Assembly (NCBI GenBank): GCA_964424875.1
Contig: CAYRKK010000002.1
Location: forward strand, 1 to 42,215
Direction: 5' to 3'
Length of the DNA: 42,215 bases
DNA from: Candidatus Woesearchaeota archaeon
Lineage (GTDB): Archaea; Nanobdellota; Nanobdellia; Pacearchaeales; GW2011-AR1
The notes beneath the pieces were generated by a model. The model worked only from the letters and a program-made list of their open reading frames with translations, had not been told where the DNA came from and made no database searches. Below are positions 35,357 to 41,921 of the stretch, piece by piece. Within the stretch, counting starts at the first letter, position 1. Each line of letters begins with the position of its first letter. A program made the position numbers and the translations under genes.

Positions 35357-35743
35357 TTATTGTTTAACATCTTCACAATAACTTATTTCTATCTTGCAGA
35401 TGTTTGCTGGACTAATAATTTCAATATAATGATACTTATAATTATTGCCTGTTTCTGTTGCAATAAAACTATCAATTTTGCAGTTATGCTTTCTAGCATA
35501 TTTTTTTAGATTTTCTATAGAACTAGCATCAATCTCAAAAGTCATATTTTGGGTGATTTCTTGATCTTTGCCTTTAATTAAGTTTACTTTAAAATCTGTA
35601 TTTGGAATAAAAAAAGTTATCCATCCTGGATGATTATATTCCCCTTTATCTTCATTAAAGAATTGTCCAAGAAACTCTCCAACTTCTTCAATATATTCAT
35701 GGCAAACAAGATATGAACCATATATTACATTTTTTCTTTCCAT
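35357..35743 (-). CDS. hypothetical protein (128 aa)
   Basis: Clean ORF lying between the tRNA and the duplicated tRNA 5' fragment. No confident motif. I could not verify a possible VOC/glyoxalase-like fold. Confidence 0.5.
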   Translation of the reverse strand: MERKNVIYGSYLVCHEYIEEVGEFLGQFFNEDKGEYNHPGWITFFIPNTDFKVNLIKGKDQEITQNMTFEIDASSIENLKKYARKHNCKIDSFIATETGNNYKYHYIEIISPANICKIEISYCEDVKQ

Positions 35744-35782
35744 TTTCTTAATTTTCCACCTTGTACCTCACTTTCATAACCC

Positions 35783-35857
35783 ATCTTAACAACCCCCAAA
35801 AGCAATTTCTTATTCTATACATTTACTAAAATTGCTTTTGCTCGGCAATACCCTTAT
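35783..35857 (+). repeat. intergenic repeat family C, copy C1 (~75 nt, contains a 12-bp inverted repeat)
   Basis: cttaacaacccccaaaagcaatttcttatt ... ttactaaaattgcttttgctcggcaataccctta. The arms caaaagcaattt (35797..35808) and aaattgcttttg (35829..35840) are perfect complements. Confidence 0.75.
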
Positions 35858-35883
35858 CTTCAAATTCTTTAAATTTGAATGAG

Positions 35884-35908
35884 ACAGAAAATCAAAAAGA
35901 TTTTCTGT
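35884..35908 (-). terminator. perfect 10-bp hairpin downstream of NYN gene 1, abutting the tRNA fragment
   Basis: acagaaaatc-aaaaa-gattttctgt. Confidence 0.45.
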
Positions 35909-35923
35909 ATGCGATGTTGGCAT
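35908..35923 (-). repeat. 16-nt duplicate of the tRNA-Ser 5' end (tRNA nt 1-14 plus 2 upstream nt)
   Basis: tatgcgatgttggcat occurs at 35310..35325 and again at 35908..35923, in the same orientation. Confidence 0.8.
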
Positions 35924-35947
35924 AAAAATATACAATATTTTGAGAAT

Positions 35948-36490
35948 TTAAAGGTTTGTGTTTTTTATCTTATTAATAAATTCATCAGATATTTTATAAG
36001 ATTCATCAACCTCATCTAACAATTCATTATGCACAGATGAAGGATGATAAAATAAATGAATTATAACATCTTCATCTTTCGCTGTTTTAATAGCTGGAAC
36101 AAAATCTGCATCTCCTGCAATTAATATAATATGTTTTATCTCACCACCATATGATTTTTTTATAATATCTATTGATATTAAGACATCAACCATCTTCTGT
36201 CTAAATTGCCCTCCAATTAATTGGAGTTTTCCTAGTTTAACTTCAAATCTAGGCAATCTTCTCAGATTAGATAAAAACCTTTGAATACCTGAATATCTCT
36301 TCTCATCTTCAGGATTATTTTTTCTTTGTATTGGCATAGAAGTATAGTAATAAGTTCTTAATCTCTCTAGATCTAGTTCTGTACAGATAACCCCTGAGAA
36401 TTTATTATAATCAATTTTCACTGAATTATAACTCCTCTTTAAAACCTTATGCAGGTATCCACCATCTATAAGAATTATTGCTTTTTCCAT
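35948..36490 (-). CDS. NYN/LabA-like (DUF88, PIN-like) domain protein, copy 1
   Basis: N-terminal ILIDGGYL and ILIAGDADFVPAIKTAKDEDVIIHLF match the NYN/LabA pattern. Confidence 0.75.
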   Translation of the reverse strand: MEKAIILIDGGYLHKVLKRSYNSVKIDYNKFSGVICTELDLERLRTYYYTSMPIQRKNNPEDEKRYSGIQRFLSNLRRLPRFEVKLGKLQLIGGQFRQKMVDVLISIDIIKKSYGGEIKHIILIAGDADFVPAIKTAKDEDVIIHLFYHPSSVHNELLDEVDESYKISDEFINKIKNTNL

Positions 36491-36502
36491 TTTAAAATTA
36501 AA

Positions 36503-36583
36503 CCCACTGTTCGATGATGGAAATCACTGATCAGTGGGGAGTATTAAACCCGCGATTCGATGGATGAATCCACTGAAGGCGGG
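36503..36583. ncRNA. two tandem GC-rich hairpins with similar loops (leader of NYN gene 1 on the minus strand, or K-turn-like hairpins on the plus strand)
   Basis: Hairpin 1 is cccactg (36503..36509) with cagtggg (36532..36538). Hairpin 2 is cccgc (36549..36553) with gcggg (36579..36583). The loops share ttcgatgRatg ... cactga. The stems differ while keeping complementarity. Confidence 0.5.
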
Positions 36584-36670
36584 GAAGTTGATATTATTAA
36601 GATAAAGAATTATATAAACTTTTTGGTAGTTTTTAGTATAGTGCCCTATTATAGTTTTTTGGACTCTAAG

Positions 36671-36693
36671 AACCTTTTTTTCTAAAAAAGGTT
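36671..36693. repeat. perfect 10-bp inverted repeat with 3-nt spacer
   Basis: aacctttttt-tct-aaaaaaggtt, directly before repeat C2. Confidence 0.6.
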
Positions 36694-36699
36694 GTTATT

Positions 36700-36765
36700 A
36701 ACAACCCATCCCCAAAAGCAATTTCTTATTTTAAAAATTTAAACCTTTTCATTAGTAAAATTAAA
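36700..36765 (+). repeat. intergenic repeat family C, copy C2 (5' half conserved, 3' half diverged)
   Basis: aacaacccatccccaaaagcaatttcttatttt matches the C1/C3 5' half. The remainder is only loosely similar. Confidence 0.6.
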
Positions 36766-36776
36766 TTCACACAATA

Positions 36777-36784
36777 TTTATATA
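36777..36784 (+). promoter_or_regulatory. candidate TATA box of ORF 36807..37052
   Basis: tttatata is centred about 26 nt upstream of the ATG. Confidence 0.4.
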
Positions 36785-36806
36785 ATATATTTTAGACTAT
36801 AATACT

Positions 36807-37052
36807 ATGAACTGGAAACAATGGCGTGATTCAAAAGAAAAGTACTATATTGCAGTCATAGGATTTATTATAGCATACCTATTAACAATTCCTTGGAGAA
36901 ATTATGAATTTCTAAATAGATTTATTGATATTTCGCAAGGTGTTCCTATTTGGGCTCATTTAATACTTATTGTTATTGGGTTGATTGTTTTGATTATAGG
37001 CTTAAAGATAATTGAGTTTATGGTAAAGAAAATCATTCTACCCTCGCACTAA
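36807..37052 (+). CDS. small membrane protein (81 aa, 2 TM)
   Basis: Two clear hydrophobic helices. No family recognised. Confidence 0.5.
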   Translation: MNWKQWRDSKEKYYIAVIGFIIAYLLTIPWRNYEFLNRFIDISQGVPIWAHLILIVIGLIVLIIGLKIIEFMVKKIILPSH

Positions 37053-37152
37053 TAAGATATATGGATTGTTTTAACAATTCAAAGCATTCATATCCTGTCA
37101 CATTATATTTTTATTTAGTTATATTTTTATAGTAACACTCTTTCTTTATTTG

Positions 37153-38493
37153 ATGATTAAAAAGAGAAAAAAATTTATTTATAATTCACTAATTATTGTC
37201 GGAGTCTTATTAATTATAGTTGTTTTTATCTATGGTTTTACTCCATCAGGAAGGATTTTTAAAGGAGAAGTTTATAATGTTCCAGATGAGAACATAGACT
37301 TTCTTTATGATTTAACTTATAAAGATGATAAAGGAAACCTTGTTTACGAACATGAAATTTTTAATAAAGTTTATGAAATGGTAGATAATGCTGAAAAATT
37401 CATAATTTTAGATATGTTCTTATTTGGTTCTACTGACAAACCAGTCTATAGGAATCTTACTCAAGAATTAACAGATAAATTAGTTAATAAAAAAAACAAC
37501 AAACCTGATATAGAGATATATTTTATAACTGATTACTTTAATGTGATTAATAATTACAAGGGAGAACATTTGTACGAGTTAGAAGATTTAGGTATTAATA
37601 TTATTTTTTCATCTCCAAATAAAAAACAAGATTTAGGAGAAAAAGATCTTATAAATTATTTCTTTAAGATAAATAAAAAAAGATTAGACCATAGAAAACT
37701 AATAATCACAGATAAAGGAGATAAAATAGCTTCTTTAATTACTTCGGCAAATCCTCATGATATGAGTAGTGCTAATTCTAATATTGGAATTTATATTGAA
37801 GATAAAATATGGAGAGATATTTATGGTGTTGAAAAAAAAGAAGGTTTAATCTCAAATGAAAAAATAGAATATTTTTTTGAAAATGTTTCAGATGAAGTAG
37901 GCGAGATATCTGTCCAATATTTTGCAGACGAAGGATTGTTATATTCTTTAAAAAATGAGATTGATAAAAGTATTAAAGGAGATTTTATTGAAATTGCTGT
38001 TTTCTTATTATCTGATAAAAAAGTTATTGAAAAGTTATTATCTGCTTCTAAAAGGGGTGTTGACATCAAGATTATTTTAGATACTAATGAAAATTATTTT
38101 GGAGTAAAAAAGTTCGGAGTTCCAAATAAACCTGTTGCAGAGAAATTATTTAAAGGAAGTGATGGAAAAATTGCAATAAGGTGGTATGATTCTCAGGGGG
38201 AACAATTTCATACAAAGTTAGCAGTTTTTAAAAGAAAAGACAATAAAAATATTATTTTAATGGGCTCTTCAAATTTTGCAAGAAACAATATAATTAATTA
38301 TAATCTTCAATCAGATGTAAAAATACTTGCTGATTCTGACTCATTGATTATGCAAGAAGTAGATTTTTATTTTAATATGATTTGGTTTAATCAAAATAGA
38401 AATTATACTGCAGATTTTAATGAATTTAGAGATAAATCATTTTATAAAAAATTAACATATGAGCGTGAGCAAATATTTAAAAAGTTTTTTTAG
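37153..38493 (+). CDS. membrane-anchored phospholipase D superfamily protein with two HKD motifs (cardiolipin synthase / PLD-like)
   Basis: N-terminal TM helix. First HKD is HRKLIITD ... LITSANP and second is HTKLAVF ... LMGSSNF. The track start at 37150 is TTG, so the ATG at 37153 is used. Confidence 0.8.
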   Translation: MIKKRKKFIYNSLIIVGVLLIIVVFIYGFTPSGRIFKGEVYNVPDENIDFLYDLTYKDDKGNLVYEHEIFNKVYEMVDNAEKFIILDMFLFGSTDKPVYRNLTQELTDKLVNKKNNKPDIEIYFITDYFNVINNYKGEHLYELEDLGINIIFSSPNKKQDLGEKDLINYFFKINKKRLDHRKLIITDKGDKIASLITSANPHDMSSANSNIGIYIEDKIWRDIYGVEKKEGLISNEKIEYFFENVSDEVGEISVQYFADEGLLYSLKNEIDKSIKGDFIEIAVFLLSDKKVIEKLLSASKRGVDIKIILDTNENYFGVKKFGVPNKPVAEKLFKGSDGKIAIRWYDSQGEQFHTKLAVFKRKDNKNIILMGSSNFARNNIINYNLQSDVKILADSDSLIMQEVDFYFNMIWFNQNRNYTADFNEFRDKSFYKKLTYEREQIFKKFF

Positions 38494-38551
38494 ATAATTT
38501 TGAAAAGTCTAAAAATCAAAACTCTCTATAGAAATTTAGCAACCCCTACAA

Positions 38552-38761
38552 TCACTTCAACCCTCTTAGTAATTTTATTTTTTCTTTTCCCCCTTCAGTT
38601 TCAGCTAATTTTTTATAAAACCTTCTAGCCATAATTATCTGGGAATCAATAAATCCCTTGAACCTAGGTTTCCATTTATCAGGATTTTCGCGAACATATT
38701 TTGCCCATCTTTCTATTTGTTCCACATGTGTTTTATCTCTTTTTTTATTTATCTTTTCCAT
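38552..38761 (-). CDS. small basic helical protein (69 aa), downstream partner of the NTase-fold gene
   Basis: Overlaps the upstream ORF by 17 nt. No motif recognised. Confidence 0.45.
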   Translation of the reverse strand: MEKINKKRDKTHVEQIERWAKYVRENPDKWKPRFKGFIDSQIIMARRFYKKLAETEGGKEKIKLLRGLK

Positions 38762-39332
38762 AACGAAGTCTCCTTATTTTTTCTTTAATTATTTTAATTT
38801 TAATTTCATCTAATTTATCTTTATAAATTATCCTAAGATGTTTTGCATCTTCTATATCTTTTTCTGATGCAAGATATTCCTCTTTAAAAGCTATATTTGA
38901 TTCAATACTTGCAAAGTAAACATCAATTCCTGTTAAAGGAATTTTAACTCTATCTTTTAATTGTTCTTCATCAAGTTCATCTTTTGGAAATTTTATTTCC
39001 ATTTCTGGAGGAAAATAACCTTCTTCATCATAAACATACCTAACACTATCTCCATTTTCCAAATAATCTTTATAAATTAAATCTGGATTTTCTGATTGAA
39101 TACACACAAAACCATTTTTATTTAATTCTTTATGCATCTCTATAAACTTTTCTTTAGATAATTTTTCAATAATCATATCTATATCTTCTGTACCTCTTGT
39201 TCTTCCATGAGCAATTGCAACAAATCCTGAACAAATAATATATTTAACATATTCACTTATAATTTCACAAAATTCTTCAACAAATTTATCCAATATTGTT
39301 TTATCTTCAATATTTCTTTTATCTTTTTCCAT
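38745..39332 (-). CDS. nucleotidyltransferase-fold protein
   Basis: CSGFVAIAHGRTRGTEDIDMII fits the GG.A...HG..R.T.D.D pattern of small archaeal NTases. Confidence 0.55.
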   Translation of the reverse strand: MEKDKRNIEDKTILDKFVEEFCEIISEYVKYIICSGFVAIAHGRTRGTEDIDMIIEKLSKEKFIEMHKELNKNGFVCIQSENPDLIYKDYLENGDSVRYVYDEEGYFPPEMEIKFPKDELDEEQLKDRVKIPLTGIDVYFASIESNIAFKEEYLASEKDIEDAKHLRIIYKDKLDEIKIKIIKEKIRRLRYGKDK

Positions 39333-39523
39333 GAGCTATTTAATCATCTATTCTATATAATGTTTTCTATAAACTATCATTCATTCTGGTGGAAGAATAC
39401 TTTTGTTGACAATAACCAGTTTTTCATGGTGAATTAAGAGAGAGAAAATTTATCAAATTACTTCTAATTTTAGATAACAGAAAGTTATATAAATACTCCA
39501 TTCTTAAATATGCTAATTAAGTC

Positions 39524-39547
39524 CATGGGGGTTGCAAAATCCCCATG
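39524..39547 (+). promoter_or_regulatory. GC-rich hairpin in the leader of NYN gene 2, 10 nt before the ATG
   Basis: catgggg (39524..39530) pairs with ccccatg (39541..39547) around a 10-nt loop. A TATA-like ttatataaata lies at about 39484..39494. Confidence 0.5.
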
Positions 39548-39556
39548 CTATCCTAA

Positions 39557-40102
39557 ATGAAAAATTCTAATAATAAAAAGATTGTAATTTATATTGATGG
39601 AAGTAATTTTTATTTTTCTATTAAAAATAAATTTAATGTCAAGATAAATATAGAAAAATTTTGTAAAAAAATAGCTGGAAACAATGAGCTAATTAGGATT
39701 AATTACTACATTGCTCCTTTAACTCAAAAGACACATCCAGAACAATATTTAGAACAACAGAAATTCTTTGATGAACTTAAAAAGATAGATAAACTAAGCA
39801 TAATTTTTGGAAGACTAGAAAAAAGAAAAAGAGATAGAAAGATATTTTATGTTGAAAAAGCAAGTGATGTTAATCTTGCTTTAGATTTAGCTCTTGATGC
39901 TGAAAAAGGAATTTATGATGAAGCTTACTTAATATCTAATGATGGTGATTTTTCAGGAGCAGTAAAAGCAGCAAAAGATTTTGGGAAAATTGTTGTATAT
40001 GTAGCAATAGGCAATAGAAAAGCAATTTCCTATTATCTTAAAAAAGTTGCATCAAGAACATTCTACATAACTAAGGGATTTATTAAAGATTGTATCTTGT
40101 AA
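39557..40102 (+). CDS. NYN/LabA-like (DUF88) domain protein, copy 2
   Basis: IVIYIDGSNFYF and YLISNDGDFSGAVKAAKDFGKIVVYVA. Confidence 0.75.
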   Translation: MKNSNNKKIVIYIDGSNFYFSIKNKFNVKINIEKFCKKIAGNNELIRINYYIAPLTQKTHPEQYLEQQKFFDELKKIDKLSIIFGRLEKRKRDRKIFYVEKASDVNLALDLALDAEKGIYDEAYLISNDGDFSGAVKAAKDFGKIVVYVAIGNRKAISYYLKKVASRTFYITKGFIKDCIL

Positions 40103-40610
40103 ACTAATTTATCAGATTGCTTCTTTAACTTTATTGTCTTCTCCTGAAAAAGTTAATTTAATATTATCAACAAATCTATTAGCTCCAGAATATGTTTGGG
40201 ATTGTTCCTAGGTTAAGGCTAAAGGCAGGATTAAAAGTATTCCTAATAGAAACATAATTATCACTTCTTTTTTCATTGATAGGATAAGGGAAGGGGGTAT
40301 AAAAACATATTGTTTAAAACAAGTTATTTAATTTTTTAAGTTTAGGGGGTTTGATGTTCCTGCCGAACGCAGAGTTATTGAAGAGGGATAAAACATTAAA
40401 ATAATCTGTGAATGATGTGCTATATAATATCTCCCTGCAACAGGAAAATCATAACTCCTGATGAAACAGCAAGGACTAAGATTAATATTAAAAACGTTTT
40501 TGTTGATAATGGTTGGTTTTTTGTGGAGATAATAAGAAATAAAAAAGAGATGGAAGAATTTTTAGATGATTGTTAATATTTTTACTAACTGCCATGTTTT
40601 GCAATCTATC

Positions 40611-40687
40611 TTAGCAACCTTACTCCCAAAAGCAATTTCTTATTTAAATCTTTTACTAAAAATACTTTTGCTCGGCAATACCCTTAA
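40611..40687 (+). repeat. intergenic repeat family C, copy C3
   Basis: cttagcaaccttactcccaaaagcaatttcttatt ... ttactaaaaatacttttgctcggcaataccctta. By eye about 54 of 61 core positions match C1. Confidence 0.75.
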
Positions 40688-40746
40688 AACTAGCTTATTA
40701 AAAATAAATCATCTTAAAATTTTAAATCTTTATGTTTTTAATAAAA

Positions 40747-40836
40747 TTACCCTTTTAATTTTCTTTGACGAGATTTTCTGCGTCGAGCTTGTTTGCTTCT
40801 TGCTTTAACTTTTCTTGTTACATTATTTCTTGGCAT
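40747..40836 (-). CDS. possible 29-aa arginine/lysine-rich peptide with a strong Shine-Dalgarno-like site
   Basis: My own translation is MPRNNVTRKVKARSKQARRRKSRQRKLKG*. GGAGG lies 4 nt upstream of the ATG. Below the track cutoff. Confidence 0.4.
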   Translation of the reverse strand: MPRNNVTRKVKARSKQARRRKSRQRKLKG

Positions 40837-40950
40837 TTTTCCTCCTAAATAATTTTATTATTTTGAATAATATAAATTATATTTTTAAGAATTTAAAGCT
40901 TTGCACTATAAAAATTTCATCACATGTGCTCCCTACTGACATGGGCCGTA

Positions 40951-41129
40951 GGCAACTACAAATTAGTTTTAAGTTAGATTTCAAGAAGACAAGCCTAACC
41001 GAAATCTCTTTATCTTAGATATCTGGTAATTATCTTTAAAGCTACTCCTCTCCAAAGCTAGAAATATTTATAAGATAATGATTAGTAAAACAATTTGGGT
41101 TAATGAAATTTCCCAAATTTATGTGTAAA
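40951..41129 (+). repeat. intergenic repeat family A, copy A3, flanked by short imperfect inverted repeats
   Basis: Aligns with A1/A2. The hairpin arms are at 41092..41099 and 41112..41119. The flanks are ctactgac (40933..40940) and gtcagtag (41145..41152). Confidence 0.8.
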
Positions 41130-41209
41130 AGATAGACTACATAGGTCAGTAGTGCATACAAAAAATTTCATCCCATAACATTTATAAAATATATTTTCAA
41201 TTATATATT

Positions 41210-41392
41210 ATGAAAAAGCAAAAGAAAGAATCTGATATGAGTAAATGGCCTGTGCCTGCTTTCTTACTTATTGGGCTTGGGCTTGGCTTACTTTTAGTAA
41301 ATGAATTTCCCATGGCAATTCTAGCATTCACCCTTATTGGTTTAGGTGTAGGATTTTTAATTACATATCTAACATCTAAAAAGAAAAAATGA
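41210..41392 (+). CDS. small membrane protein (60 aa, 2 TM)
   Basis: Charged ends and two Gly/Leu-rich helices. Preferred over the antisense ORF 41197..41406. Confidence 0.5.
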   Translation: MKKQKKESDMSKWPVPAFLLIGLGLGLLLVNEFPMAILAFTLIGLGVGFLITYLTSKKKK

Positions 41393-41577
41393 AATATAAA
41401 ATACACAAATTAAATATTAAATTAGCAAGAGAACCAGAGATGCTAGAGAACTTTCTTAATAATCTAAAAGGAGAAGTCATTTCAATAATCCCCGATGTTA
41501 CAACTCTATTCTTGTGTTATGGTGCAAAAGTAAAATCTATTCTCATTGTAGAGAAATTAAAAGAAGGTAAAAAATGA
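41389..41577 (+). CDS. hypothetical small protein (62 aa)
   Basis: ATGA overlap with the upstream small membrane protein gene. Confidence 0.4.
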   Translation: MKYKIHKLNIKLAREPEMLENFLNNLKGEVISIIPDVTTLFLCYGAKVKSILIVEKLKEGKK

Positions 41578-41750
41578 CAAACAAAAATATATTCTACATC
41601 TTCTGAATTTTACAGGCAATCATATTAGGATTAATTATCTTTTTTATTTTGCAAACAACAAACATTGGAAAAGATACAAACATTGTTCTTAGTGCATTAT
41701 TTCCAATATTCACATTAATTATTGAGTATATGATTTATTCAAAAAGATAA
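41574..41750 (+). pseudogene. 58-codon hydrophobic reading frame interrupted by one in-frame TGA at 41604..41606
   Basis: ATG at 41574 overlaps the upstream stop (ATGA). The frame reads MTNKNIFYIF-TGA-ILQAIILGLIIFFILQTTNIGKDTNIVLSALFPIFTLIIEYMIYSKR*. Confidence 0.35.
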
Positions 41751-41921
41751 TATCTTTTACCAACCTCTTACTTTCTTAGTTTTTGGAACTTTAATAATCC
41801 AATACACTACCTCTTCAGCAACTTATAAAAACAACAATTATTAAATTATTTATTTTCAAAAAATAACAACTAATCTCTGATATTAGCAAAAACTTATAAA
41901 TCAAATAACCTATTTTTCAAA

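Noticed and set aside
35783-35857. Minus-strand reading of repeat C (gggtattgccgagcaaaagc...) as a class II tRNA or split-tRNA half
   Set aside because: The TGCCGAGC string resembles a Leu/Ser tRNA D-arm. The remainder is AT-rich and has no anticodon or T arm and no complementary acceptor strand.
36503-36583. Tandem hairpins as a canonical C/D box guide sRNA
   Set aside because: C-like (AUGAUGG, GGAUGA) and D-like (CUGA) boxes are present. The spacers between them are only about 5-7 nt, not the ~12 nt of archaeal guides. I therefore report only a K-turn-like hairpin reading, as an alternative.
40103-40560. Long non-coding gap after NYN gene 2 containing box C/D-like strings (aatgatgtg ... 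ctgatga)
   Set aside because: The box spacing does not fit a C/D sRNA, and I could not define a convincing fold or ORF. It is left unannotated.
35783-40687. Repeat family C (or A) as integron attC sites
   Set aside because: The imperfect hairpins and single-gene spacing resemble attC sites. However, I could not find R''/R' core sites (RYYYAAC / GTTRRRY) at the element ends, and there is no IntI-like gene in the window.
51-41406. Antisense or shadow ORFs in the track (for example 51..251-, 1644..1880+, 4903..5106+, 5200..5679+, 7963..8205-, 9561..9812-, 9943..10191-, 10769..10975-, 11668..11934-, 17171..17377+, 17944..18240+, 17991..18248+, 24766..25017+, 29143..29331+, 31861..32103+, 32852..33052+, 37821..38069-, 40566..40808+, 40815..41018+, 41197..41406-)
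   Set aside because: Each overlaps a better-supported gene on the opposite strand, or lies inside a repeat element. Each translates to low-complexity F/L/I/S-rich sequence typical of AT-rich shadow frames.
41604-41606. Genome-wide UGA reassignment
   Set aside because: Many well-supported genes in this window terminate at TGA at the expected family length, for example the YrdC-like, MNT, HepT and oxidoreductase alpha genes.
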